This document shows positions 9,497 through 19,202 of a DNA stretch of 64,000 bases, in pieces. Below the pieces are notes generated by a model. That model was not told where the DNA came from and searched no databases. It saw only the letters and a program-made list of their open reading frames with translations. The first letter of the stretch is position 1, and every line of letters begins with the position of its first letter. Source of the stretch: an uncultured Candidatus Rokubacteria bacterium (GTDB taxonomy: Bacteria; Methylomirabilota; Methylomirabilia; Rokubacteriales; CSP1-6); contig CAWBMV010000034.1 in NCBI GenBank assembly GCA_963789955.1, positions 992,001-1,056,000 on the forward strand, in the 5' to 3' direction. The translations under genes and the position numbers were made by a program.

Positions 9497-10602
9497 ACGT
9501 CGCGATCCTCGGCGCGAGCCACGGCGGATTCACGACCGCGGCGGACCTCGCCCTCGCCGGTCACGCGGTTCGCCTCTGGGCGCGATCCGCACAGGCGCTG
9601 GGGCCTCTGGCGCACGATCCCACGATCGTGCTCACCGCCGAGGGGCGCTCCGGCACCGCCCGCCTGGCGCGGGCGACGACGGATCTCGCCGAAGCGCTCG
9701 CCGGCGCCGAGATCGTGATCGCGCCGATCCCCGCGACCGGCCACGACGACCTGGCCAAGAGCCTGGCGCCGCACGTGAACGAGCGCCAGATCATCCTGCT
9801 CACGCCGGGGACGCTCGGCAGCTATGCGATCGCGCGCGCGCTCGCCCGCGCCGGCGCCCGGCAGCCCTTTTCTTTCGCGGAGACCGGGACCCTGCCGTAT
9901 CTGACGCGAAGGACGGGGCCGGCGGCGGTGTCGGCGCCCGTGCGCGCCGCGAATCTTCCGCTCGGCGTGTTCCCGGCGTCGCGCACCAAGCAGACGGTCG
10001 CGCGGCTCGCCGACCTGTTTCCAGCCGCGCGCCCCTGCGTCGACGCGCTCGACGTGGCGCTGACGAACGCGGGGCCCGTGATCCACCCGCCGCTGGTGCT
10101 CCTCAACGCGGGCGCGATCGACGGCGGAGCCTTCGACGTCCACGCTGCGGGAACCACGCCGAGTGTCCGGCGGTTGATCGACGTGGTCGATGCCGAACGG
10201 GTCGCGACGCGCACGGAGTGGGGGTACCCGGCGCCGCACTATGAGCTCGCCACCTATTACGACGAGGCGCGCGCCGCCGAGGGCCTCTACGGCGCGGGCG
10301 CCAGGACGAAGCTCCTCGCGAGCGGTCTCTGGAGTGAGATCGTCACGATGCAGCACCGGTACGTCACCGAGGACGTGGCGTTCGGCCTGGCGCTCTTCGA
10401 GTCGGCGGGGCGCGCGGCGGGTGTCGACACGCCGGGTGTCTCGGGACTCCTCCTGATGTTTCGCGCGCTGCTCGGCCGTGAGCTGTCGGGACGCGGCCGA
10501 GCGCTGGAGCACCTCGGGCTCGGTGACTTCAGCCGGCGCGAGATCCGTGGATTCCTCGACCAGGGCTGGGAGTCGCCGATGTGGCCGAAGGTGATCCGTT
10601 GA
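9493..10602 (+). CDS. NAD/NADP octopine/nopaline (opine) dehydrogenase family protein
   Basis: GTG 9493 overlaps the upstream stop. VAILGASHGG, ETGTLPY, N...IHPP..LLN, RYVTEDV motifs. Confidence 0.85.
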   Translation: MNVAILGASHGGFTTAADLALAGHAVRLWARSAQALGPLAHDPTIVLTAEGRSGTARLARATTDLAEALAGAEIVIAPIPATGHDDLAKSLAPHVNERQIILLTPGTLGSYAIARALARAGARQPFSFAETGTLPYLTRRTGPAAVSAPVRAANLPLGVFPASRTKQTVARLADLFPAARPCVDALDVALTNAGPVIHPPLVLLNAGAIDGGAFDVHAAGTTPSVRRLIDVVDAERVATRTEWGYPAPHYELATYYDEARAAEGLYGAGARTKLLASGLWSEIVTMQHRYVTEDVAFGLALFESAGRAAGVDTPGVSGLLLMFRALLGRELSGRGRALEHLGLGDFSRREIRGFLDQGWESPMWPKVIR

Positions 10603-11073
10603 GCGCTCCGCCCGCGCTCGAAGCCGATGGCCGGGGCGGTCTCACGCTGGGCGGCGCGCGCTATCTGCTGATCCGGCCCGAAACGCTCGTCGGGCTCCAG
10701 AAGGCGGTGGAGCACGGCGCTCGGCGAGCGCGCGGCGTCGTGCATCGCCGCTGGAGGCCGGGCCGGCGGCGCGCGGGCGGCGGCGTCGCTCGGCGGATCG
10801 GCGGAAGAGCGAGTCGGCCGTCTGCTCCGGATCGGCGGTGAGATCGGCTGGGGCGAGTTCGCGCTCGAGCGTCTGACCGCGACCGAGCTGTCGGTCAGCG
10901 TGCGCCATTCGCCCGTCGCCGAGTCGTACGGGCCGTCCGCGGCCCCGGTGTGCCATCTCATCCGCGGCGTGCTCGAATCGCTGGCGACCGCGACCTTCGG
11001 TCGGCCGGCCACGGTCGCCGAGACCGCGTGCGTCGCGACGGGCGCGCCGGCCTGTCGCTTCGTGGCCTCGTGA
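10599..11073 (+). CDS. V4R-domain small-ligand-binding protein (one frameshift near 10718)
   Basis: Joined frames read MSAPP...RYLLIRPETLVGLQKAVEH/ALGERAA...IGWGEF...HSPVAESYG...PVCHLIRGVL...ETACVATGAPACRF, the V4R C...E..C...G...C.F signature. Confidence 0.8.
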
Positions 11074-11948
11074 CGGGCGCCGCCCTCGTCCACGTCGTGG
11101 TCAGCGGCCTCGCGACCGGCTCGATCTACGCGCTGATGGCGATCAGCCTCGTCATCATCTACAACGCGACCCGGACGCTCAACTTCGCGCAGGGCGAGAT
11201 GCTGATGATCTCGACGTTCGTGGGCTGGACCGCGCTGCAGGTGCTCGCGGTGCCTCTGGTCGTCGCGCTGCTGGTCGCCGTGGTCGCCGCGGCGCTCCTG
11301 GGCTTCCTGCTCGAGCGGCTGGTCATCCGCCATGCGATCTCGGCGACGCACTTCGACGTACTGATCATCACGCTCGGCTTGTCGCTGATGCTGCGCTCGG
11401 CCGCCGGGATCGCGTGGACCCACGACGAGTTTCCGTTCCCGTCGTTCTTCGGGAACCGGCCCCTCGCGATCGGCCCGGTGCGCGTGGCGCCGGTGTCGCT
11501 CGGCATCATCGGCGCGTCGCTCGGGCTCATGCTGGCCCTCGCCGCGCTGTTCCGCTGGACGCGCCTGGGCCGCGCGATGCGCGCGGTCGCGCAGAATCAG
11601 CGGGCGGCGCGGCTCATGGGGATCAGCGTCGAGCGCGTCTACTCGTCGTCCTGGGTCATCGCCTCGGTCGTCGGCGCCGTCGCCGGCGTGCTGATCGCGC
11701 CGGTCATCTTCCTTTCGTCGAAGATGGGGCTCGTCGCCATCAACGGATTCACGGCGGCCGTCCTGGGCGGGTTCGGCTCGATGCCGGGCGCGGTGGTCGG
11801 CGGCATGCTGCTGGGTGTCCTCGAGAACCTGGCGCCGCTCTACCTGCCCGCCTCGATCAAGCACTCCGTGCCGTTCCTGGTCATGATCACGATCCTGCTC
11901 GTGCGGCCCGGCGGCGTGCTCGGGCGCGTCGCGCGGCGAAAGGTCTGA
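11070..11948 (+). CDS. Branched-chain amino acid-type ABC transporter permease (LivH-like)
   Basis: GSIYALMA, NFAQGE, TRLGRAMRAVAQN, GGFGS; hydrophobic. Confidence 0.92.
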   Translation: MTGAALVHVVVSGLATGSIYALMAISLVIIYNATRTLNFAQGEMLMISTFVGWTALQVLAVPLVVALLVAVVAAALLGFLLERLVIRHAISATHFDVLIITLGLSLMLRSAAGIAWTHDEFPFPSFFGNRPLAIGPVRVAPVSLGIIGASLGLMLALAALFRWTRLGRAMRAVAQNQRAARLMGISVERVYSSSWVIASVVGAVAGVLIAPVIFLSSKMGLVAINGFTAAVLGGFGSMPGAVVGGMLLGVLENLAPLYLPASIKHSVPFLVMITILLVRPGGVLGRVARRKV

Positions 11949-12898
11949 TGCGACACGCCGCGCTCGCGACCGGCGCCGCGGTGGTGCTCGGCTGGCCGTG
12001 GGCCGCGCCGCCCTACTTCGTCTTCCTGGCGAGCCTGATCGCGATCAACGCGATCGTGGCCATCGGGCTCAATCTCCTCTCCGGCTACACGAATCAGCTG
12101 TCGTTCGGCCACGCCGGGTTCCTGGCGATCGGCGCGTACGCGGCGGCGATCCTCACGATCCGCGCGCCGGCGCTGCCGGTGCCGGTGACGCTCCTGATCG
12201 CGGGCCTCGTCACCGCGGCGGTGGGGTTGGCGCTGGGCGTGCCGTGCTTGAGGCTCGAAGGGCTCTATCTGGCCATGGCGACCCTCGCCTTCGGCTTCGT
12301 CGTGGTCGAGGCGATTCTGAGTCTCGACTGGCTCACGCGCGGTAACGACGGCCTGCGCGTGCCGGCGGCGCGCCTCGGCCCCTGGATGCTCTCGACCGAC
12401 ACCTCCCGCTACTACCTGGTCATGGCGGTCGCCGCGCTGTTGATCGTCGCCGCCGTCAACATCAGCCGGACGCGGACCGGGCGCGCGCTCCTGGCCGTGC
12501 GCGAGAGCGAGATCGCGGCGCAGGCGAGCGGCATCCACCTGGCCGCGTACAAGACCTTGGCCTTCGTCGTGTCGGCCTTCTACACCGGCGTGGCCGGCGG
12601 CCTCTTCGCACTCGTCGTCGGCTTCCTCTCGCCCGATTCCTTCGACGTCTTCCTGTCGGTGGACTTCGTCGCGATGATCATCGTCGGCGGCCTCGGCTCG
12701 ATCCTGGGCTCCGTGGTGGGCGCCGCCGTCATCACGACCCTCAACGACTCACTCGCCGGCTTTCAGAACTACCGGCCGCTGATTTTCGGCGCGATCCTGA
12801 TAACGTCCATGCTGTTCATGCCCGGCGGCATCGCGAGCGCGCTCGGTAAGATTGCCGGGGCGCGCTCCAGGCCCTCTCGACAAGGAGACGATCGATGA
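11948..12898 (+). CDS. ABC transporter permease (LivM-like)
   Basis: GLNLLSGY..QLSFGHAGF, YLAMATLAF, GRALLAVRESE, GGLGS. Confidence 0.92.
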   Translation: MRHAALATGAAVVLGWPWAAPPYFVFLASLIAINAIVAIGLNLLSGYTNQLSFGHAGFLAIGAYAAAILTIRAPALPVPVTLLIAGLVTAAVGLALGVPCLRLEGLYLAMATLAFGFVVVEAILSLDWLTRGNDGLRVPAARLGPWMLSTDTSRYYLVMAVAALLIVAAVNISRTRTGRALLAVRESEIAAQASGIHLAAYKTLAFVVSAFYTGVAGGLFALVVGFLSPDSFDVFLSVDFVAMIIVGGLGSILGSVVGAAVITTLNDSLAGFQNYRPLIFGAILITSMLFMPGGIASALGKIAGARSRPSRQGDDR

Positions 12899-14059
12899 TC
12901 AGCCGCTCGAGCGTTCTGCTGCTCCTGGCTCTCGCGCTTGAGCGCGCTGCCCGCCGGCGCCCAGACGCCGGGTGTCAGCGACACCGAGATCGTGATCGGC
13001 GGATCGAACTCGTTCTCGGGCCCGCTCGCCTTCACGGGAGAGCAGATCACCAAATACGGCGTCGATCTCTACTTCAAGGTGATCAACGACGCGGGCGGGA
13101 TCCACGGGCGCAAGGTCCGCACCGTCTACTACGACGACGCCTATCGCCCGCAAGACGCCGTGGCCAACACCAAGAAGCTCGTCGAGCAGGACCGCGTCTT
13201 CGCGATCATCATCCCGCAGGGCTCGCCGCCGGTGGTCGCGACGCTCGACTATCTCGAGGAGAACAAGGTCCCGCTGCTCTTCCCGTATCAGAGCTCGCCG
13301 GTGACCCGCGGCAAGCGCTACGTGATGCAGGGGATGACCCTGAGCGATCGGTCGTCGAAGATGATGATCGACTACCTGGCCGGGCAGCGGAAGGTCAAGA
13401 AGTTCGCCGCGCTCTACCAGGACGACGAGTACGGCAAGTCGTTTCTCACCGCCTTCGAGAAGGATCTGGGGCGCTACGGCCTCAAGCTCGTCGCCGCCGA
13501 ATCGGTCAAGCGCGGGGTCACCGACGTGAGCGCGCAGGTCGCGAAGCTCCAGGCGGCGAAGCCCGAGGTGACGTTCCTCGTGCTGGTGCCGGGCCCGGGC
13601 GCGCAGGCATTGAAGGAGCGCCAGAAGATCGGCTGGACCGACACGATCATGGTCTCGACGGGCCCGCTGACGGACGAGCGCTACCTGGCGCTCGCCGGGG
13701 ACGCCGCCGAGGGGGTCGAGGGGCTCTCGCTCTGGCCCGATCCGGTGAGCTCCGATCTGCCGGGCGTGAAGCTCTACCGGGAGCACATGCGGCGCTACTT
13801 CCCGCAGAACGAGCCGAATCGGTACTCGATCGCCGGCTACTTCGCGGCCATGCTCTTCGCGGAAGGCGCCAAGCGCGCCGGCCGGAACCTGACGCGCGAC
13901 TCGCTGATGACCGCGCTCGAGTCCTTCAAGGGCTACGAGAGCGGCATCCTGCCGCCGATCACGATCGGCCCCGACCACGAGACGCAGAAGCAGGGATTCT
14001 GGGTGCGGGTCGAGAAGGGCAGCTTCAAGCCGATGACGGACTGGCTCAAGTCCGAGTAA
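12895..14059 (+). CDS. ABC substrate-binding protein (LivK-like; frameshift in the signal peptide near 12935)
   Basis: AQTPGVSDTEIVIG, INDAGGIHGRK, DDAYRP; signal peptide starts in the 12895 frame. Confidence 0.9.
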
Positions 14060-14063
14060 GGCG

Positions 14064-14828
14064 GTGCTCGGTGTCGAAGATCTCTCGATCAGCTTCGGCG
14101 GCCTCGCGGCGCTGAGCGGGCTCAGCTTCGAGGTCCGCGATCGGGAGATCTTCGCGCTGATCGGCCCCAACGGCGCCGGCAAGTCGACCGTGTTCAACGT
14201 GATCACGGGCCTCTACCGTCCCTCGAAGGGCCGGATCACTCTCGGCGGCGACGACTTGCGCGCGCTGGCGCCGCATCAGATCGCGCGGCGGGGTGTCGCG
14301 CGCACGTTCCAGAACACCGAGGTGTTTCGCCAGCTGACGGCCCTCGACAACGTCCTGATCGGCCGCCACAGCCATCTGCGTACGGGCGTGATTCGCGGCG
14401 CGCTGTGGCTGCCGGGTGTCCGGAGCGAGGAAGCGCGCGCGCGCGAGGCGGCCCACGCGCTGCTGGCGCGCTTCGGGCTCGGCGACGTCGCCGCGACCGA
14501 AGCGGGCAGCCTGCCGCTGGGCGCCCAGAAGCGGCTCGAGATCGCCCGGGCGCTGGCCTCCGAGCCGCGGCTCCTCCTGCTCGACGAGCCGGCGGGCGGG
14601 CTCAACCCCACGGAGACCAGGACGTTGATGGCGGTCATCCGAGGCCTGCGGGACGAACGCGGGCTGACGATCGTGGTGGTCGAGCACGACATGGAGCTGG
14701 TGATGGGTATCTCGGACCGCGTGGCCGTGCTCGACCACGGGCGCAAGATCGCGGAAGGCGAGCCCCGGCAGATCGTGACCGACGCCGCTGTCGTCGAGGC
14801 GTATCTGGGCAGCGAGGAGGACGCGTGA
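14064..14828 (+). CDS. ABC ATP-binding protein (LivG-like)
   Basis: GPNGAGKST, RTFQN, LLDEPAGG, EHDM. Confidence 0.93.
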   Translation: MLGVEDLSISFGGLAALSGLSFEVRDREIFALIGPNGAGKSTVFNVITGLYRPSKGRITLGGDDLRALAPHQIARRGVARTFQNTEVFRQLTALDNVLIGRHSHLRTGVIRGALWLPGVRSEEARAREAAHALLARFGLGDVAATEAGSLPLGAQKRLEIARALASEPRLLLLDEPAGGLNPTETRTLMAVIRGLRDERGLTIVVVEHDMELVMGISDRVAVLDHGRKIAEGEPRQIVTDAAVVEAYLGSEEDA

Positions 14829-15562
14829 TTCCCGTGCTCGAGCTCGACGACGTCGCGGTCGCGTACGGCAAGCGGCGCGCGCTCGACGGGCTGACCTTGC
14901 GCGTGTTGCCGGGCGAGATCGTCACGTTGCTGGGCGCGAACGGCGCGGGAAAGTCGACGACCTTGCGCGCGGTGTCCGGGCTCGTGCGACCGACGCAGGG
15001 TCGCATCCGCTACGAGGGCCGCGACATCACCCGCGTCCCGGCCGACACCATCGTGGCCGCCGGCGTCAGCCACGTCCCCGAGGGCCGCGAGATCTTCCCG
15101 GAGTTCTCGGTTCACGAGAACCTGCTCGTCGGCGGCCACACCGTGGAGCGGTCGCGGATCGTCGAGCGGCTGGAGTCGGTCTTCCGCCTCTTCCCCGTGC
15201 TCCGCGATCGGAAGGCGCAGATCGCCGGCACCCTCTCGGGCGGCGAGCAGCAGATGCTCGCCATCGGCCGCGCGCTGATGACGCGGCCGCGGCTCCTGCT
15301 CCTGGACGAGCCCTCGCTCGGGCTGGCGCCGATCCTCGCGCGCGAGATCTTCCGGGTGATCCGGCGCATCAACGACGACGGCGTCGCGGTGCTGCTCGTC
15401 GAGCAGAACGCGCGGCGCGCGCTCGCGCTCGCCTCCCGCGGCTACGTCCTCGAGACCGGGCGGCTCGTCACGTCGGGCACGAGTGCCCAGCTCACGGCCG
15501 ATCCGCGCGTCCGCACCGCCTACCTCGGACTCGACCGCGTCCGCGGCGACGTCGCGGGCTGA
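14825..15562 (+). CDS. ABC ATP-binding protein (LivF-like)
   Basis: GANGAGKST, LSGGEQQM, DEPSLGLAP, VEQNA. Confidence 0.93.
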   Translation: MIPVLELDDVAVAYGKRRALDGLTLRVLPGEIVTLLGANGAGKSTTLRAVSGLVRPTQGRIRYEGRDITRVPADTIVAAGVSHVPEGREIFPEFSVHENLLVGGHTVERSRIVERLESVFRLFPVLRDRKAQIAGTLSGGEQQMLAIGRALMTRPRLLLLDEPSLGLAPILAREIFRVIRRINDDGVAVLLVEQNARRALALASRGYVLETGRLVTSGTSAQLTADPRVRTAYLGLDRVRGDVAG

Positions 15563-15596
15563 CGCGCTAGACTCCATGGCCGTGAGCGGGAGCACG

Positions 15597-16868
15597 ATGT
15601 GGCAGCCCGAGCTCGAGACCCTCGATCGCGAGCCGCTCGAGCGGCTCGTCGTCGAGCGGATGCGCGCGACGCTCGCTCGAGTCCTGAGCGAGCCGGCCTG
15701 GGCGCGCCGTCTCGGGGGCGTCCGCCCCGGAGACATCGCGCGTGTCGCGGACTGGCGGACGCTGCCGTTCCTCACCAAGGACGAGCTCCGCGACGCGTAC
15801 CCCTACGGGCTCGCGTGCGCGCGCGCGGCCGGCTACCGGCGCATCCAGATGTCGAGCGGCACGACCGGCAACCCGATCTTGAATCCGTACACGGACGGCG
15901 ATGTGGCGCAGTGGGGCGAGGTCATGGCGCGCTGCTACGCCGCCGCGGGTGTCGGCCGCGACGACGTCATCCAGATCACGCCCTCGTTCGGCCTGTTCAC
16001 CGGCGGATTCGGCTTCCACTACGGCGCCGAGAGGATCGGGGCGATGGTGATCCCCACCGGCGCCGGCCGGACGGCGCTGCAGCTCCGCCTCATGCGCGAT
16101 CTGAAGGCGACCGTCGTCACCGCGATCGCGACCTATCCGCTGCGCCTGATCGAGGCGGCGCGCGAGGACGGCTTCGATCTGGCCTCGCTCTCGCTCCGGG
16201 TCGGCATCCTCGGCTCGGAGATGTGGTCCGACGAGCTGAGAGCGCGCATCGAGCGTGAGCTCGGCATCCGGACCTTCGACATCATCGGCATGACCGAGAC
16301 CGGCGGGCCCGGACTCGGCATCGACTGCGCCGCCCGCCGCGGCGTCCACGTCTGGGAAGACCACTACTACCCCGAGGTCATCGATCCGATGACCGGCGCG
16401 GTCGTGCCGGACGGGACGGAGGGTGAGCTCGTCCTCTCGACCTTGACGCGCGAGGGGCTGCCGCTCGTCCGCTATCGAACGCACGACCTGACGCGGATCG
16501 TGTCGCGCGCGCGCTGTGACTGCGGCCGCACGTCGCTGAGGCTCGACCGGCTTCGCGGCCGCGTCGACGACATGGTGATCTACAAGGGCATCAACTTCTA
16601 TCCGCGACAGATCGAGACCGCCTTGTTGAAGCACGCCGGCGTGAGCCACGAGTATCAGGTCGTGCTCGACTCGGATGGCGGCGGCGAGCGGATGACGATC
16701 CACGTCGAGACGGACCCCGGGTGCGACCCGGCGGTCGCCGCGCGGATCCGGCGGGAGCTCCACGACGTGCTGGCGCTGAGTCCCGAGATTCGTCTGTGCG
16801 CCCACGGCGCGATCGAGCGGGCGCAGGGCAAGGCGGTGCGCGTCGTCGATCGCCGTCCGCGGCGATGA
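15597..16868 (+). CDS. Phenylacetate-CoA ligase family (PaaK-like) aryl/acyl-CoA ligase
   Basis: LPFLTKDELRDAYPYG, SSGTTG, GLFTGG.GFHYGAE, WEDH, RYRTHDL, GRVDDM, GKAVRVVDRR. Alternative start at 15576. Confidence 0.9.
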   Translation: MWQPELETLDREPLERLVVERMRATLARVLSEPAWARRLGGVRPGDIARVADWRTLPFLTKDELRDAYPYGLACARAAGYRRIQMSSGTTGNPILNPYTDGDVAQWGEVMARCYAAAGVGRDDVIQITPSFGLFTGGFGFHYGAERIGAMVIPTGAGRTALQLRLMRDLKATVVTAIATYPLRLIEAAREDGFDLASLSLRVGILGSEMWSDELRARIERELGIRTFDIIGMTETGGPGLGIDCAARRGVHVWEDHYYPEVIDPMTGAVVPDGTEGELVLSTLTREGLPLVRYRTHDLTRIVSRARCDCGRTSLRLDRLRGRVDDMVIYKGINFYPRQIETALLKHAGVSHEYQVVLDSDGGGERMTIHVETDPGCDPAVAARIRRELHDVLALSPEIRLCAHGAIERAQGKAVRVVDRRPRR

Positions 16869-18040
16869 GTCGCGGGCTCCTCGCGGGCGTGACCGTGCTG
16901 AGCCTCGAGCAGGCCACGACGTTGCCGTTCCTGACCTATCGGCTCGCCTGCGACGGCGCCCGGGTCATCCGTGTCGAGAATGCCGAGCGGCCCGATCCGA
17001 ACCGGTTCGTCGGCAGCGACGTGCTTCACGAGCCGGCGATGCGCAGCTATTTCCTGCCGAACAACTGCGGCAAGGAAGCGATCACCCTGAACCTCGGCCA
17101 TCCCGAGGGCCAGGCGCTCTTGCGACAGCTGATCGTGAAGCTCGGTGTCGACGTGTTCGCCTGCAACCAGCGCCCGCGAAGCTACGCCCGTCTCGGGATC
17201 GAGCCCGGGCCGCTCACGGCCGTGAAGCCGGATCTGATCTGGCTCGGGATCACCGGATTCGGACCCGAGCACGACGAGGCGGCGTACGATCCGGTGCTCC
17301 AGGCGCGCTCGGGGTTCATGGAGCTGACGGGCGAGCCGAACGGGTCGCCGCTCGTCTTCGGCTTGCCGATGGTCGATCTGGGCGCGGCCGAGCACGGCTA
17401 CGGCGAGGTGATGAAGGCGCTCTATCGCCGCGCGACGACGGGCGAGGGCGCGCGGATCGACGTGTCGATGCTCCGGAGCGCGGTGTCGTGGATGGTCGCG
17501 CCCGTCGCGCTCTCGAGCCTCGGCGAGCGCGTGACTCGCAAGGGCAATCGCCATCAGTTCTTCGCGCCGGTGGCCGTGCACCGGACCCGCGACGGCCACG
17601 TCTATCTGGCGATCGGCAACGATCAGCAGTGGGCGGCGCTGACGGCGCTGCCCGCGTTCAGCCGGCTCGCTCGGCCCGAGTACACCGCCAACGCGGGCCG
17701 CATCGGCGACGTCGAGCGGCTCGACCGCGAGCTGGCCGCGTGCTTCGCCGGTCTCTCGAGCGACGAGGCGCTCGAATCGCTGCGGCGGGCGGGCGTGCCG
17801 GTCTCTCGCGTGAACACCCTGGCCGACGTGATGGTCGATCGGTTCGTCGCCGACAAGCTCGTGGAGATCACGGACCCGCGCTCGGGGCTCCGGATCGCGC
17901 TGCCGGCCCCGCCGGTCGGCGCGCCGCCGGCGCTCAGCTTTCCGCCCCGACTCGGCGAGCACAATGAGAAGATCTACGGCGAAGCGCTCGGCCTGGGGCC
18001 CGAGCAGCTTGCCGACCTGCAGCGGCGACAGATCGTCTGA
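16865..18040 (+). CDS. Class III CoA-transferase (CaiB/BaiF family), divergent
   Basis: LAGVTVLSLEQA, GARVIRVE, PMVDLGA, PPRLGEHN. Confidence 0.88.
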   Translation: MSRGLLAGVTVLSLEQATTLPFLTYRLACDGARVIRVENAERPDPNRFVGSDVLHEPAMRSYFLPNNCGKEAITLNLGHPEGQALLRQLIVKLGVDVFACNQRPRSYARLGIEPGPLTAVKPDLIWLGITGFGPEHDEAAYDPVLQARSGFMELTGEPNGSPLVFGLPMVDLGAAEHGYGEVMKALYRRATTGEGARIDVSMLRSAVSWMVAPVALSSLGERVTRKGNRHQFFAPVAVHRTRDGHVYLAIGNDQQWAALTALPAFSRLARPEYTANAGRIGDVERLDRELAACFAGLSSDEALESLRRAGVPVSRVNTLADVMVDRFVADKLVEITDPRSGLRIALPAPPVGAPPALSFPPRLGEHNEKIYGEALGLGPEQLADLQRRQIV

Positions 18041-18054
18041 GGGAGACGCGAACC

Positions 18055-19202
18055 ATGAACGACGTGTTTTATCTCACCGAAGAGCAGCGGATGATCCGCG
18101 ATCTCGCCCGCAAGGTCGCGCGCGACCGGATCGCGCCGAACGCTGCGCAAGTACGACGAGGAAGAGAGCTATCCGACGGAGTCGATGCGCGCGCTCGTCG
18201 ACGCCGGCCTCTTCGGCATCTGGGTGCCGGAAGAGTACGGCGGCTCGAACATGGGCTGCCTCGCGCTCTCGCTGGTCGCCGAGGAGCTCGGGTGGGCGTG
18301 CGCGGGCACGACGACGAACTTCGGCGCCCATCCGCTCGGCGGGCTGCCGATCGTGCTGGCCGGCAGCGAGGAGCAGAAGAAGAAGTACCTGCCGCGGCTC
18401 GCGACCGGCGAGTTCATGGCGGCCTACTCGCTCTCGGAGCCGGGATCGGGCTCGGACGCCGCGAGCCTCCGGACGACGGCGGTGCGCAAGGGGGATCACT
18501 ACGTCCTGAACGGATCGAAGCAGTGGTGCTCCCACGGCGACCACGCCGATGTGCTCACGGTCTTTGCGACGGTCGATCCGGGCAAGCGCGCGAAGGGCAT
18601 CACGGCGTTTCTCATCGAGAAGGGCATGCCCGGCTTCTCGGTCGGCAAGAAAGAACGGAAGATGGGTATCCGCTGCTCGCCCACCGTGGCGCTCCACTTC
18701 ACGGACTGCGCCGTGCCGGTCGCAGCAGCGCCTGGGTGACGAAGGCGAGGGATTCAAGATCGCGATGCGCACGCTCGACATGACGCGACCGATGACGGGC
18801 GCGATGGCCGTCGGGATCGGCCAGGCGGCGCTCGATGCGGCGACGGCGTACGCGAAGGAGCGCCAGCAGTTCGGCCAGCCGATCGCCGCGTTCCAGGGCA
18901 TCCAGTTCATGCTCGCGGACATGGCGATGCAGGTGCACGCGGCGCGGCTCATGGTCCATCACGCCGCCCGGCAGGTCGACGCCGGCATCCGCGGCAACAC
19001 CTTGGAGGCGTCGATGGCCAAGTGCTGGGCCGGCGACGCCGCCATGAAGGTCGCCACCGATGCCGTGCAGATCTTCGGCGGCTACGGATACACGCGCGAG
19101 TTCCCGGTGGAGCGGTTCATGCGCGACGCGAAGATCATGCAGATCTACGAGGGGACGAATCAGATCCAGCGAATGATCATCGCCAAGGAGCTTCTAGGAT
19201 GA
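18055..19202 (+). CDS. Acyl-CoA dehydrogenase (frameshifts near 18145 and 18725)
   Basis: Three consecutive ORF pieces: [10 protein letters not shown] / PEEYGG...SEPGSGSD...KMGIR / GEGFKIAM...[17 protein letters not shown]. Confidence 0.9.

Noticed and set aside
18130..18740. Programmed ribosomal frameshifting in the ACAD or other split genes
   Set aside because: No slippery heptamers or consistent stimulatory structures were seen; breaks are scattered across unrelated enzymes.
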